Below are positions 10,298-18,563 of a DNA stretch of 64,000 nucleotides, piece by piece. Source of the stretch: Candidatus Omnitrophota bacterium (lineage in GTDB: Bacteria > Omnitrophota > Gorgyraeia > Zapsychrales > JANLHA01); contig JAKQKX010000045.1 of the NCBI GenBank assembly GCA_029560465.1, positions 88,260 through 152,259 on the forward strand. Direction: 5' to 3'. A program made the translations under genes and the position numbers. Every line of letters starts with the position of its first letter. Positions within the stretch are counted from its first letter, which is position 1. The notes below the pieces were generated by a model that ran no database searches, was not told the origin of the DNA, and saw only the letters and a program-made list of their open reading frames with translations.

Positions 10298-11716
10298 TTA
10301 GCCAAAACCCTGGGCCAACGGTAGGAGGATCGAAAACGTTGACCCTTGGCCCTCTTGGCTGGAGACCGCAACCTCGCCTCCGTGGGCTTCAACGAGCTTC
10401 CGGACAATCGCCAGTCCCAGGCCGGTACTTGGCTCTCCGTGCATAGGGCGCACAGACGTCTTTTCAAAAAAATGGAATAACCGGGACATCTCCGAAGCCG
10501 GGATCCCCGGCCCCTGATCAGTGACCCCGATCTGAATCCTCTGATCCAGAGATCTTACGCTCAAGACAACGGTTCCCCCGGAAGGAGAAAATTTGATTGC
10601 GTTGCTGATCAGATTATTAACCGCCTGCGCCAGGCGGTCCGGGTCAACCCGGATAAACGGGAGCTGGGGGGCCATATCCAGGTGAAGGTTAATATTCTTT
10701 GCTTTTGCCAACATGCTGTTAAAACCATGTATCTCGGCCATAAACAAAGCGGGATCCGTATCCTTCAACCGCAACTCCAATTTTCCCGCTTCGATCACCG
10801 AAACGCTCAGAAAATCATTAATAAGACTTAGCATGGACTTGCAGGAAAAATCCATTTGTTGAAGCGACTCGTCCTGGGCCGGGTTGATGTCCCCCAAGAT
10901 ATGGTCTTTCAATAAGTCCACATTCCCTTTTATGACCGTTAGCGGACTTCTCAGATCATGGGCCGCTATCCCTAAAAATTTATTCTTAATATCATTCAAT
11001 TCCAGGACTTGCTGATACATGCGGCTTTTTTCCGTAATGAGCGACAACTGCCCCGCCAGCCTTTGAAAAACCTCAATATGCTGATCGCGGTACGCATACG
11101 GCTGACGGCTCGAAAAAAATATAAAACCGATCGGTTTGCCGGCCGCTATCAAAGGGCATGTCAGGCTAGAACGGACACCTTCTTTGAGAATGAGCCCGGT
11201 CGATTCAGATTTCGGATGTTCCCGATAATATTGTTCCAGGTCGTTCAGGATGCGGGGCCGGCCGGAAAAAATAATCTCTTCCAGGCTGCTCCCCTTTAAC
11301 GGGGCTGAATAGCCTTTCTTCAACCACAAGGCCTCTCTTGTATCCGCGCGGCCCCAGTAACACCGGACCGTTTCGCCGTCCTCCTCGAGAAAAGACACCC
11401 CGATCCTGTCATAAGGGATCACCTTCCGGAACTCATCATAAACGTATTGAAGGGTCTCAACCAAACGGAATCCGGAGTTGATGCGTTCGGTCATCTTTAA
11501 CAGGGTCCGAAGCTCCCCGGTCCGGGACCGCAGCGTCTCTCCCAAATCTTTCAATTCCCGGCTTAAAGCCGCCAGATCATCCTCCCCCTCTTCGGCTGAA
11601 ATCTGAGAAAAATCGCCCGCCTTCATCGCTCTGACAGCATGAAGAAGCCGGGCCACGCGAGGATCGGGCTTGGCAGGCAAGGGCTCTGGATTATTTATAT
11701 TCTTAGTCATGATCAC
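10298..11716 (-). CDS. Cytoplasmic HAMP-GAF sensor histidine kinase
   Basis: HAMP-like N-terminus, GAF (VRSSLTCPLIAAGKPIGFIFF), H-box AHDLRSPL, NLISNAIKF, GLGLAI; no transmembrane helix. Confidence 0.9.
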   Translation of the reverse strand: MIMTKNINNPEPLPAKPDPRVARLLHAVRAMKAGDFSQISAEEGEDDLAALSRELKDLGETLRSRTGELRTLLKMTERINSGFRLVETLQYVYDEFRKVIPYDRIGVSFLEEDGETVRCYWGRADTREALWLKKGYSAPLKGSSLEEIIFSGRPRILNDLEQYYREHPKSESTGLILKEGVRSSLTCPLIAAGKPIGFIFFSSRQPYAYRDQHIEVFQRLAGQLSLITEKSRMYQQVLELNDIKNKFLGIAAHDLRSPLTVIKGNVDLLKDHILGDINPAQDESLQQMDFSCKSMLSLINDFLSVSVIEAGKLELRLKDTDPALFMAEIHGFNSMLAKAKNINLHLDMAPQLPFIRVDPDRLAQAVNNLISNAIKFSPSGGTVVLSVRSLDQRIQIGVTDQGPGIPASEMSRLFHFFEKTSVRPMHGEPSTGLGLAIVRKLVEAHGGEVAVSSQEGQGSTFSILLPLAQGFG

Positions 11717-11884
11717 ATCAAAAAGACACGGGATTCCAAAAACTTCCGTCCCGCGCGAACCTGAGGGATGAATTATGATGCATTATAAAGACAAAAGCAC
11801 GGGCAGACAAGCATTCTTTCCAGCGGCAAGGAAAGGCCGGTTTAAAAAGGACGGACGGATACTCCGAAGCCTAAGGAACCCTGC

Positions 11885-13210
11885 TTACATGTTCTTTAAT
11901 AATATATTTTCCGGGGATTGCTCGGCCAGAACCCGGAAAGACCGGAGGCACCGTTCGATATGTTCCATCTCCCCCGAACGGATGATCGGCATTTCAGAAA
12001 TCCCTTTATCGTCCAACAGTTCGTTGACCTTGGCCACGCTCAGCGTTTCGACGTTAAAAGCCGGTTGATACCCGATCTGGCGGCCGTCTTCCAGCCGGAC
12101 CTCCACCAGAATACCGGCTTCCGTCAGGTCAAACAGAATCTGCCGGAGAAGGCGGATCGGGATCTCGATCTCTTTGACAATATCCGCTGCCGTATACGGC
12201 GTTTGTGAAAGGCAAAAGCGCTTGACGGCCATCTGAACGATCCTCAAAGAAAGCAGCCGCTTGAAGGCATGACTGGCCTTAAGGCAGTCGGGTTCGAGCT
12301 CATAGGTCTCCACGTTCTGCTCCGCGAAAGAAATTTCCGCCCCGAATAAAACAATAATCCAGCTCGTTTGCAACCAGACCAAAAATAAAGGCAACGCGGC
12401 AAAGCTGCCGTAAACCGCCCCGTATTTAGCCGCCCCGACCTGGAAAGTAATATAAATCCATTGGGTGATCTGATAAATCGTGCCGCCGATCATCCCGCCA
12501 AACAGCCCGGACTTAAATGAAACCGACGTGTTGGGCATAAAAATATAAATATAGGTGAATAAAACCCAGATCACGCAATAAGGCAGCAGGTTAAGGACCG
12601 TAAAAATGACCGGGCTGAACACGCCCAGGAAAGCAATTTTATCCACCACCAGTTTCACCTGACTGGTCACCAGCACCGTGACACTGCTCGACATGATCAG
12701 CAACAGCGGGCAAATCAGCATGATCGAAAGATAATCGCTGAACTTCCGGCCCCACGTGCGGCTTTTTCTGATCCCCCAGATATCGTTAAACGAACTCTCG
12801 ATATTCCCCAGGACTTTAATAACCGTCCAAAACAAGATCGCCACGCCGACGCCGGCGATCACCCCCCCTTTTGTCGTTTCCAGGAGGGTCTGGGAAAAAT
12901 TAATAATCTTCCCCACCACTTCTTCTTGCCCGGCGAGTTTCTCATAAAGCTGCTTCTCCAATATCTTTTCAATGCCAAATCCTTTGGCAATGCCAAACGC
13001 CATCGCCACAAAAGGGACGATGGACAAAAGGGAGTAAAACGTCAGCGCCGACGCCCGCAATTGGCATTTATCCTCATCAAAGCCCCGGAAAGCCAGCAGC
13101 ATGATCCTGAGCTGCTTTAGCAATAAAGATTTGGTCGGAGGCAATTTATGCATCCGGATGCGCCAAATGTCAACTTTAAGGAATTGAATAAGATGACGGA
13201 CATACGACAT
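11885..13210 (-). CDS. YihY/BrkB family inner-membrane protein with C-terminal wHTH-like extension
   Basis: ASALTFYSLLSIVP, IESSFNDIWG, YGAVYGSFAALPLFLVWL, LFGAEI; about 6 TM helices plus a soluble C-terminus. Confidence 0.88.
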   Translation of the reverse strand: MSYVRHLIQFLKVDIWRIRMHKLPPTKSLLLKQLRIMLLAFRGFDEDKCQLRASALTFYSLLSIVPFVAMAFGIAKGFGIEKILEKQLYEKLAGQEEVVGKIINFSQTLLETTKGGVIAGVGVAILFWTVIKVLGNIESSFNDIWGIRKSRTWGRKFSDYLSIMLICPLLLIMSSSVTVLVTSQVKLVVDKIAFLGVFSPVIFTVLNLLPYCVIWVLFTYIYIFMPNTSVSFKSGLFGGMIGGTIYQITQWIYITFQVGAAKYGAVYGSFAALPLFLVWLQTSWIIVLFGAEISFAEQNVETYELEPDCLKASHAFKRLLSLRIVQMAVKRFCLSQTPYTAADIVKEIEIPIRLLRQILFDLTEAGILVEVRLEDGRQIGYQPAFNVETLSVAKVNELLDDKGISEMPIIRSGEMEHIERCLRSFRVLAEQSPENILLKNM

Positions 13211-13389
13211 AACACTCTCTCCTTGTTAAAAACAACACAATATGCCCCCGGGAGAACCTTCCGGGGGTTACAGCAAACTGAAGTTATATTAATACAATTC
13301 CAAGTATGAAACCAGAAATTTCTGTGTTCTGTTGGCGGGGCTAAAAAAGAGTCCCGCCACCCAGCGGTAATTTTCAGCCGATGATTCCC

Positions 13390-13418
13390 TTGAACTTGGG
13401 TATATTTGGCGGTAAAAT
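13390..13418 (+). promoter_or_regulatory. Putative sigma70 promoter for the FMN/4Fe-4S - radical SAM operon
   Basis: TTGAAC-N17-TAAAAT, 10 nt before the ATG at 13429. Confidence 0.55.
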
Positions 13419-13428
13419 TGGAATCAAT

Positions 13429-14796
13429 ATGAGATACAAGTTTTTCAGCGTTTTGTTGTTGCTGGTCCTCGTTACCGGGATGGCCACCCATCTCCCCTCC
13501 CGCCTCCGGTCCTCGCCCCAGGACTCTTCCGAAGAAATCCAGTATGCCCACCGCCTGTTCCCCGGGGGAGAGGACATCGTGCCGGTAACCACATTTCCCC
13601 CTCACCTTAAAATCTATTCGGCCTCCTCCGGTTCAGAAGGCCAGCCGTTGCTCGGATACGCTTTTCGGACCACCGCGCTCGCTCCGGAAATTAAAGGATA
13701 CGCCGGGCCGATTGACCTGCTGGTCGGGATCGACAGGACGGGAACAATCGTCGGGGTCCATCTGATCTCGCACCAGGAGACCGCTTCCTACATCAACGAT
13801 CTTAACGGCTTTCTGCAGCAGTTTTTGAACCGCGGCGCCGGAGACCCCCTGATGCTGGGCCAAACAATCGACGGGATCAGTCAGGCCACGATAACAAGCT
13901 CGGCGGTCACCCGTTCTATAGAGGCAAGCCGCACCTTAATGATCCAGGAAGTCCTCCGGATTGACCAGGCCGGGCGTAAACACCCGCCAGGCTCTTTTCC
14001 CTGGGAGCAGATTCTCATCCCGGGATTGCTTTTCATCCTGGCGGGAAGCGGGGCCTTTTGGCGCAAAACCTCCTTACGCTGGCTGGCTTTAAGCGGCGGA
14101 CTGATTTACCTGGGCCTGATCAAAAAAACAATGATGGCCAGCGCCCATGTCGCCAAAATTGGCATCCTGAACCTGCCGTCTTTCTCTGATGCCCCCTTAT
14201 GGTACGCCCTGATGGCCGGGACTGTACTCAGTTGCCTGGCGGGCGGGATGATGTACTGCGGCAGCATCTGCCCCTTTGCCGCTGTCCAGGAATTATTATA
14301 CGCCGCCGGGAAACGCTTGAAATTCAAAGTAGGACTCCCTTCGCCCCGGATTGATGCCATGGCCAGGATATTTAAACACGCCCTGCTTATCGTCATTCTA
14401 AGCGCCAGCCTTTACGCCGCGAATCCGGATATCGCCAACGTCGAAGTCTATGTGACGCTTTTCACCCGGCACGGATCCCGTCTGGCCTGGGTCCTCCTGG
14501 GGGTCATGCTGGCCGCCGGAATTTTTCACTACCGGTTCTGGTGTAAATATTTTTGCCCTGTCGGCGCCATGAACGGGCTTTTATCGCAAGCGAGCCTGTT
14601 TAAAATCAGGGTCAACACGTCCTGCAACGGCTGCCATCAATGCCAGGCGCTCTGCCCGACGCAGGCAATTAAAACGCTCCCAAAATCCGGCAAAGTCATC
14701 GTGGAAAACCCGGAATGCATCTTATGCATGACATGCGTCCGGTGCTGCCCGCAAGGAGCCCTGCGATTCTCTTATGACGACAAAGAAAAAGAATAA
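13429..14796 (+). CDS. FMN-binding and 4Fe-4S polytopic membrane protein (NosR/RdhC-like)
   Basis: Likely start ATG 13429 (MRYKFF). FMN_bind domain KGYAGPI..HQET..IDGISQATITS; membrane CxxxCP motifs YCGSICP and WCKYFCP; C-terminal CNGCHQCQALCP and CILCMTCVRCCP. Confidence 0.88.
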   Translation: MRYKFFSVLLLLVLVTGMATHLPSRLRSSPQDSSEEIQYAHRLFPGGEDIVPVTTFPPHLKIYSASSGSEGQPLLGYAFRTTALAPEIKGYAGPIDLLVGIDRTGTIVGVHLISHQETASYINDLNGFLQQFLNRGAGDPLMLGQTIDGISQATITSSAVTRSIEASRTLMIQEVLRIDQAGRKHPPGSFPWEQILIPGLLFILAGSGAFWRKTSLRWLALSGGLIYLGLIKKTMMASAHVAKIGILNLPSFSDAPLWYALMAGTVLSCLAGGMMYCGSICPFAAVQELLYAAGKRLKFKVGLPSPRIDAMARIFKHALLIVILSASLYAANPDIANVEVYVTLFTRHGSRLAWVLLGVMLAAGIFHYRFWCKYFCPVGAMNGLLSQASLFKIRVNTSCNGCHQCQALCPTQAIKTLPKSGKVIVENPECILCMTCVRCCPQGALRFSYDDKEKE

Positions 14797-14998
14797 TATA
14801 ATATTTTTCACCGCTTACGTGTTAAGCGGCGCTGTTCTCCTGGGGATTGTTTACGGCAACCTGAAAAGCTCCTCCCCGGCCGGGACACCCCAGAGCGTGG
14901 GGGTTCCCCCCGGGAACACGAAAGTCAATGAACAGGAATCCCTTGAAACATCAGGGCTCAAACGGCATCGGGCCCTCTATTGGAAAACCGTGGAGTAA
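14774..14998 (+). CDS. 74-aa single-TM micro-protein ending in an AmrS-N-terminus-like motif (HRALYWKTVE)
   Basis: Overlaps the upstream stop; basic N-terminus, TM helix, low-complexity linker; in the same frame as the radical SAM gene and separated from it by TAA plus 4 codons. Confidence 0.7.
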   Translation: MTTKKKNNIIFFTAYVLSGAVLLGIVYGNLKSSSPAGTPQSVGVPPGNTKVNEQESLETSGLKRHRALYWKTVE

Positions 14999-15010
14999 CA
15001 GGCTGATATC

Positions 15011-15988
15011 ATGTCTTATCTTGTGGAATGTGAATTGTGTCCCCGGCATTGCCGCCTGAATGACGGCCAGCGGGGGAATTGCCGGGTCAGGGTCAACGTT
15101 AAAGGGGAACTCTTTTCCCTGGTATACGGGAATCCCTGCGCCGTGCATGTCGACCCGATCGAAAAAAAACCGTTGTTTCATGTGCTGCCGGCCTCCACCT
15201 CGTTTTCGATCGCCACCGCCGGCTGCAACCTGCACTGCAAATACTGCCAAAACTGGCAAATCTCGCAAGTCCCCCCGGAAAAAACGGACAATTATGATCT
15301 CCCTCCCCAGAACGTCGTCCGTGAAGCGCTGGGAGCCCGGTGCCGAAGCATTTCCTATACATATTCGGACCCTATTGTCTTTTACGAATATTGCCTCGAC
15401 ACTTCCCGTCTCGCTCACACACACGGCCTTCTGAATGTCATGGTCACCGCCGGATATATCGAAAAAAAACCTCTGTTGGAATTATGCCCCCATATTGACG
15501 CCGCCAATGTGGATTTAAAAGGCATCACCGACGATTTTTACCGCAATATGTCCGAAGCGACATTGCAACCCGTCCTGGACGCCATTATGATCATGAAACA
15601 GAACAACGTGTTCGTCGAATTGACCAACCTCGTGGTCCCCACTTGGAATGACAAACCCAAAGATATCCGAAACCTCTGCCGTTGGGTGGCCCAAAACCCC
15701 GGGAAAGACACCCCGGTGCATTTTTCCCGGTTCACCCCCATGCACAAACTGACGAATCTGCCCCCCACCCCGGTCGAGACCTTATCCATGGCCTGGGACA
15801 TCGCCAAGGAGGAAGGGCTCCAGTTTGCCTATGTCGGCAACGTGCCCCGGCATCCGGGGAACAACACCTATTGCCCCAACGACCAGAAACTGCTGCTCAA
15901 ACGGATCGGGTATACGATCCTGGAAAACCATATTATAGACGGGAAATGCGAGTTCTGCCAAACCCCGATCCCCGGGATCTGGAAGTAG
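15011..15988 (+). CDS. amrS: AmmeMemoRadiSam-system radical SAM enzyme (N-terminally short)
   Basis: CELCPRHC..GNCRVR, DPIEKKPLFH, radical SAM motif CNLHCKYCQNWQISQ, C-terminal AYVGNV..NTYCPND..KCEFC..IPGIW. Confidence 0.92.
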   Translation: MSYLVECELCPRHCRLNDGQRGNCRVRVNVKGELFSLVYGNPCAVHVDPIEKKPLFHVLPASTSFSIATAGCNLHCKYCQNWQISQVPPEKTDNYDLPPQNVVREALGARCRSISYTYSDPIVFYEYCLDTSRLAHTHGLLNVMVTAGYIEKKPLLELCPHIDAANVDLKGITDDFYRNMSEATLQPVLDAIMIMKQNNVFVELTNLVVPTWNDKPKDIRNLCRWVAQNPGKDTPVHFSRFTPMHKLTNLPPTPVETLSMAWDIAKEEGLQFAYVGNVPRHPGNNTYCPNDQKLLLKRIGYTILENHIIDGKCEFCQTPIPGIWK

Positions 15989-16009
15989 AAATCGTACGAA
16001 AGGAATAAA

Positions 16010-16180
16010 ATGAAACACACGACCATGGACCGCAAAACGTTTCTGAAATGGCTGAGTGCCCTGCTCGTCGGATTATGCTCCAATGGGGGACTCGGGAATG
16101 CGTCCGCCGCTCCTTCAGCCGCAAAGCGCCCGCTCAAGGAAGCCCGGCACTACCGGCCGGGCCGACATCTGGCCGGCTGA
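16010..16180 (+). CDS. 56-aa Tat-signal-like micro-protein (absent from the ORF track)
   Basis: RBS AAAGGA, ATG 16010, TGA 16178-16180. Translation MKHTTMDRKTFLKWLSALLVGLCSNGGLGNASAAPSAAKRPLKEARHYRPGRHLAG contains DRKTFLK (Tat-like) and an ASA-A cleavage site. Confidence 0.75.
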   Translation: MKHTTMDRKTFLKWLSALLVGLCSNGGLGNASAAPSAAKRPLKEARHYRPGRHLAG

Positions 16181-16200
16181 ACGCCCGGCGCCGCTTTGTG

Positions 16201-18504
16201 CTATAACCGGACCGACCTTATCAACAGCCAGACCGCGGCGTTCATCATGGCGACGAAAACCGCAACCGGCACCATACCATATAAAGGGATCAGCACCGCC
16301 CCGGTTATCCAGGCCCCCAAGGCTGCTCCCAGCACATCCACCGCATAAAGAAAGCCCGCCTCTGAGGCGACATCCGAAGTCCTCCCCGGCGCCTGTTGGA
16401 TAATAGAAACCGCCAGGGGATACTGCATTCCGCCGCAAAATCCCGCGACAACCGGCAGGAACGAAAACGTCACCGCAAAAACACCTCCGTGCTGAACCAG
16501 GACTGAATATTTTTGAAAAACAAAAAAAAGAACCGGCAAAAGCAACGGGTACAGGGCAATCACCCCCTGGGTGTACCGATACATTCTGACTTGCCTCTGA
16601 AGCGGGCGGCCCAACTCCTGCCCCGCCACTAAGCTCCCGCCCACCAGGCCCAACATAAACGCGGTCATGATGATCCCGATCTGAAAATAAACGTACCCGT
16701 ATAACGACTGAAACGCCAGGATGACAATGATCTGAAACACAATTTCAGATATTCCCGTGGTCCAGATCGACAGACGATACGGGGCCGCGGCTGACACCCG
16801 GGCCCCGCATCGTCCTGCCATAAACAAAAACACGGGGATCAGGATGAATACAGGCATAGGGATCTTCTGCAAAATATTAAAAAGAGACGGCAGGAACGGG
16901 TGAAAATGTGAAGACCAGAGGACGATATCAAAAAAATACGCCACCGGATGAGCGTCCGTGTTCATGATCCCTTTCGGCTTCAGGATATCCTCAATATACT
17001 GAATCCGGCCCGGACTCATTTTATACGGCAGATAGTATTCCCGGACATATTCCGTCGCAATCTTCCGCTCCTGAAGCCGCTCCAAAAGCAAAGCGGGGTC
17101 ATAATGCAGGATACCGGTGCGTGTGGAGGAAAGGAAAATATTCGTGTCCCCCGGGATGGACTTCACGTCCGGGAACACGTCCCGCAAGGTCGAATGGATG
17201 GAGCGCAAAAACGCGCGGGCCTCGGCGTTAAGATAATTTTCAGAGGAAGAAACCTTTAACGAAAGGATGCCCCCCTCATTCAACCGAAGGGCCGCTTCCT
17301 GAAAAAATTCTTTCGTGTAATAACGGTTCAGCATGGCGTTCAGCGGGTCAGCGATGTTCAATAGGATGACATCGTACAGGCGCCGGCTTTGTTTAATAAA
17401 AAGCCGCGCGTCAACAAAAGCTGAATGAACGCGGGGATCCCTTAACGGCGCCAATAGATCCTCGGGCAAATGTGCTTCCGCCAAACGCATCACCTCGGGG
17501 TCCAAGTCCACATGATCAACGGACCGTAACGGGTGCTTCAAGACTTCCTTCAAACTGCCGTCCAAAGCGCCGCCGACCAAGAGGACATCCCGCGGGGCCG
17601 GATGGGACAATAAAGGGAAATGCGCGATTTCCTCGCTGCTATATTCGGCGTTCGTCGAAAACGACAACACGCCGTTTTCAAATAAAGTACGCTCCTGCCC
17701 CGCCTGAATGAGGGCTAAGTTGCCGTACACAGAATCCGTGACGCTTAAAACCTCAAATCCTTTCCACTGCTGGCTCCGCGACCAGCGGTCCACCTGTTGA
17801 ACCCCGCCGGACAGGATTCCGGCGGAAAGCCCCAGCAACAAAAAGGCGAGGCAGGACCGGACACCGCGATTTTTAAAAACCGACAACGCCAGCCATCCCT
17901 GAATCAACATTAATAAGGCTCCTATTTTAAGCGCGGGGACCGCCTGCACCAGCCAAAAACTGAAAAGAAGCCCGCCTAAAGCAGAGCCAAGCGCCTCATA
18001 TAAATAAATCCGGTTAATGTGCCGCGAGGATGTTGACACGGATGGAAAGAGCCCCTCTTGGAGCCGGCAAATCACCGCGTAGAGGCCCCCGAACATAAAC
18101 GCCAACGGCATGACAGCCCCTGTCGTGATCATCATGACAGCGGGGATATCCATCATCTCGCCGACAGGGATATTCAACACACCACGGATGACGCGCAGAA
18201 AAATGACCGCCGCGGGAAGACCTAAGCCCGCCCCGCTTAACAGCGCCGCCAAAACAGGCCCGGGCCACTCTTTCACACAACGCCAGCGACTCAAGGATAA
18301 ACTGCCCAACCCCACCGCCATGAGCCAGCATCCCAGAATAACGGCATAAACCATCTCATTGCCGTAAAACACAGCCATGGCTTCCCTCAAAAGAAGCAGC
18401 TGGCTCATCATAGCCGTCATGCCGAGAATTAGGGCCAAAAACCCGGGGCGGGCCCAATTCAGGACCGGGCCCTTCCCCGTGGAGCAATCCTTATTTGAAG
18501 TCAT
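16201..18504 (-). CDS. Fused multi-TM / spermidine synthase-like (class I SAM-binding) membrane protein
   Basis: About 7 N-terminal TMs with IYLYEALGSALGG; central domain DSVYGNL..VLLVGG..VDLDPEV..DAR..YDVILLNIADP..YYTKEFF; C-terminal TMs with LYAVDVLGAALG. Start ATG 18504 has an RBS. Confidence 0.85.
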   Translation of the reverse strand: MTSNKDCSTGKGPVLNWARPGFLALILGMTAMMSQLLLLREAMAVFYGNEMVYAVILGCWLMAVGLGSLSLSRWRCVKEWPGPVLAALLSGAGLGLPAAVIFLRVIRGVLNIPVGEMMDIPAVMMITTGAVMPLAFMFGGLYAVICRLQEGLFPSVSTSSRHINRIYLYEALGSALGGLLFSFWLVQAVPALKIGALLMLIQGWLALSVFKNRGVRSCLAFLLLGLSAGILSGGVQQVDRWSRSQQWKGFEVLSVTDSVYGNLALIQAGQERTLFENGVLSFSTNAEYSSEEIAHFPLLSHPAPRDVLLVGGALDGSLKEVLKHPLRSVDHVDLDPEVMRLAEAHLPEDLLAPLRDPRVHSAFVDARLFIKQSRRLYDVILLNIADPLNAMLNRYYTKEFFQEAALRLNEGGILSLKVSSSENYLNAEARAFLRSIHSTLRDVFPDVKSIPGDTNIFLSSTRTGILHYDPALLLERLQERKIATEYVREYYLPYKMSPGRIQYIEDILKPKGIMNTDAHPVAYFFDIVLWSSHFHPFLPSLFNILQKIPMPVFILIPVFLFMAGRCGARVSAAAPYRLSIWTTGISEIVFQIIVILAFQSLYGYVYFQIGIIMTAFMLGLVGGSLVAGQELGRPLQRQVRMYRYTQGVIALYPLLLPVLFFVFQKYSVLVQHGGVFAVTFSFLPVVAGFCGGMQYPLAVSIIQQAPGRTSDVASEAGFLYAVDVLGAALGAWITGAVLIPLYGMVPVAVFVAMMNAAVWLLIRSVRL

Positions 18505-18563
18505 GAAAAACCCCTCTATTGACACGGGATAAGAAACGGCTTGAAGCCCGCGCGCGACACCCT

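Noticed and set aside
14996-14998. Selenocysteine or pyrrolysine recoding at the in-frame stop before the radical SAM gene
   Set aside because: The stop is TAA, not TGA or TAG, and an ATG follows 12 nt later.
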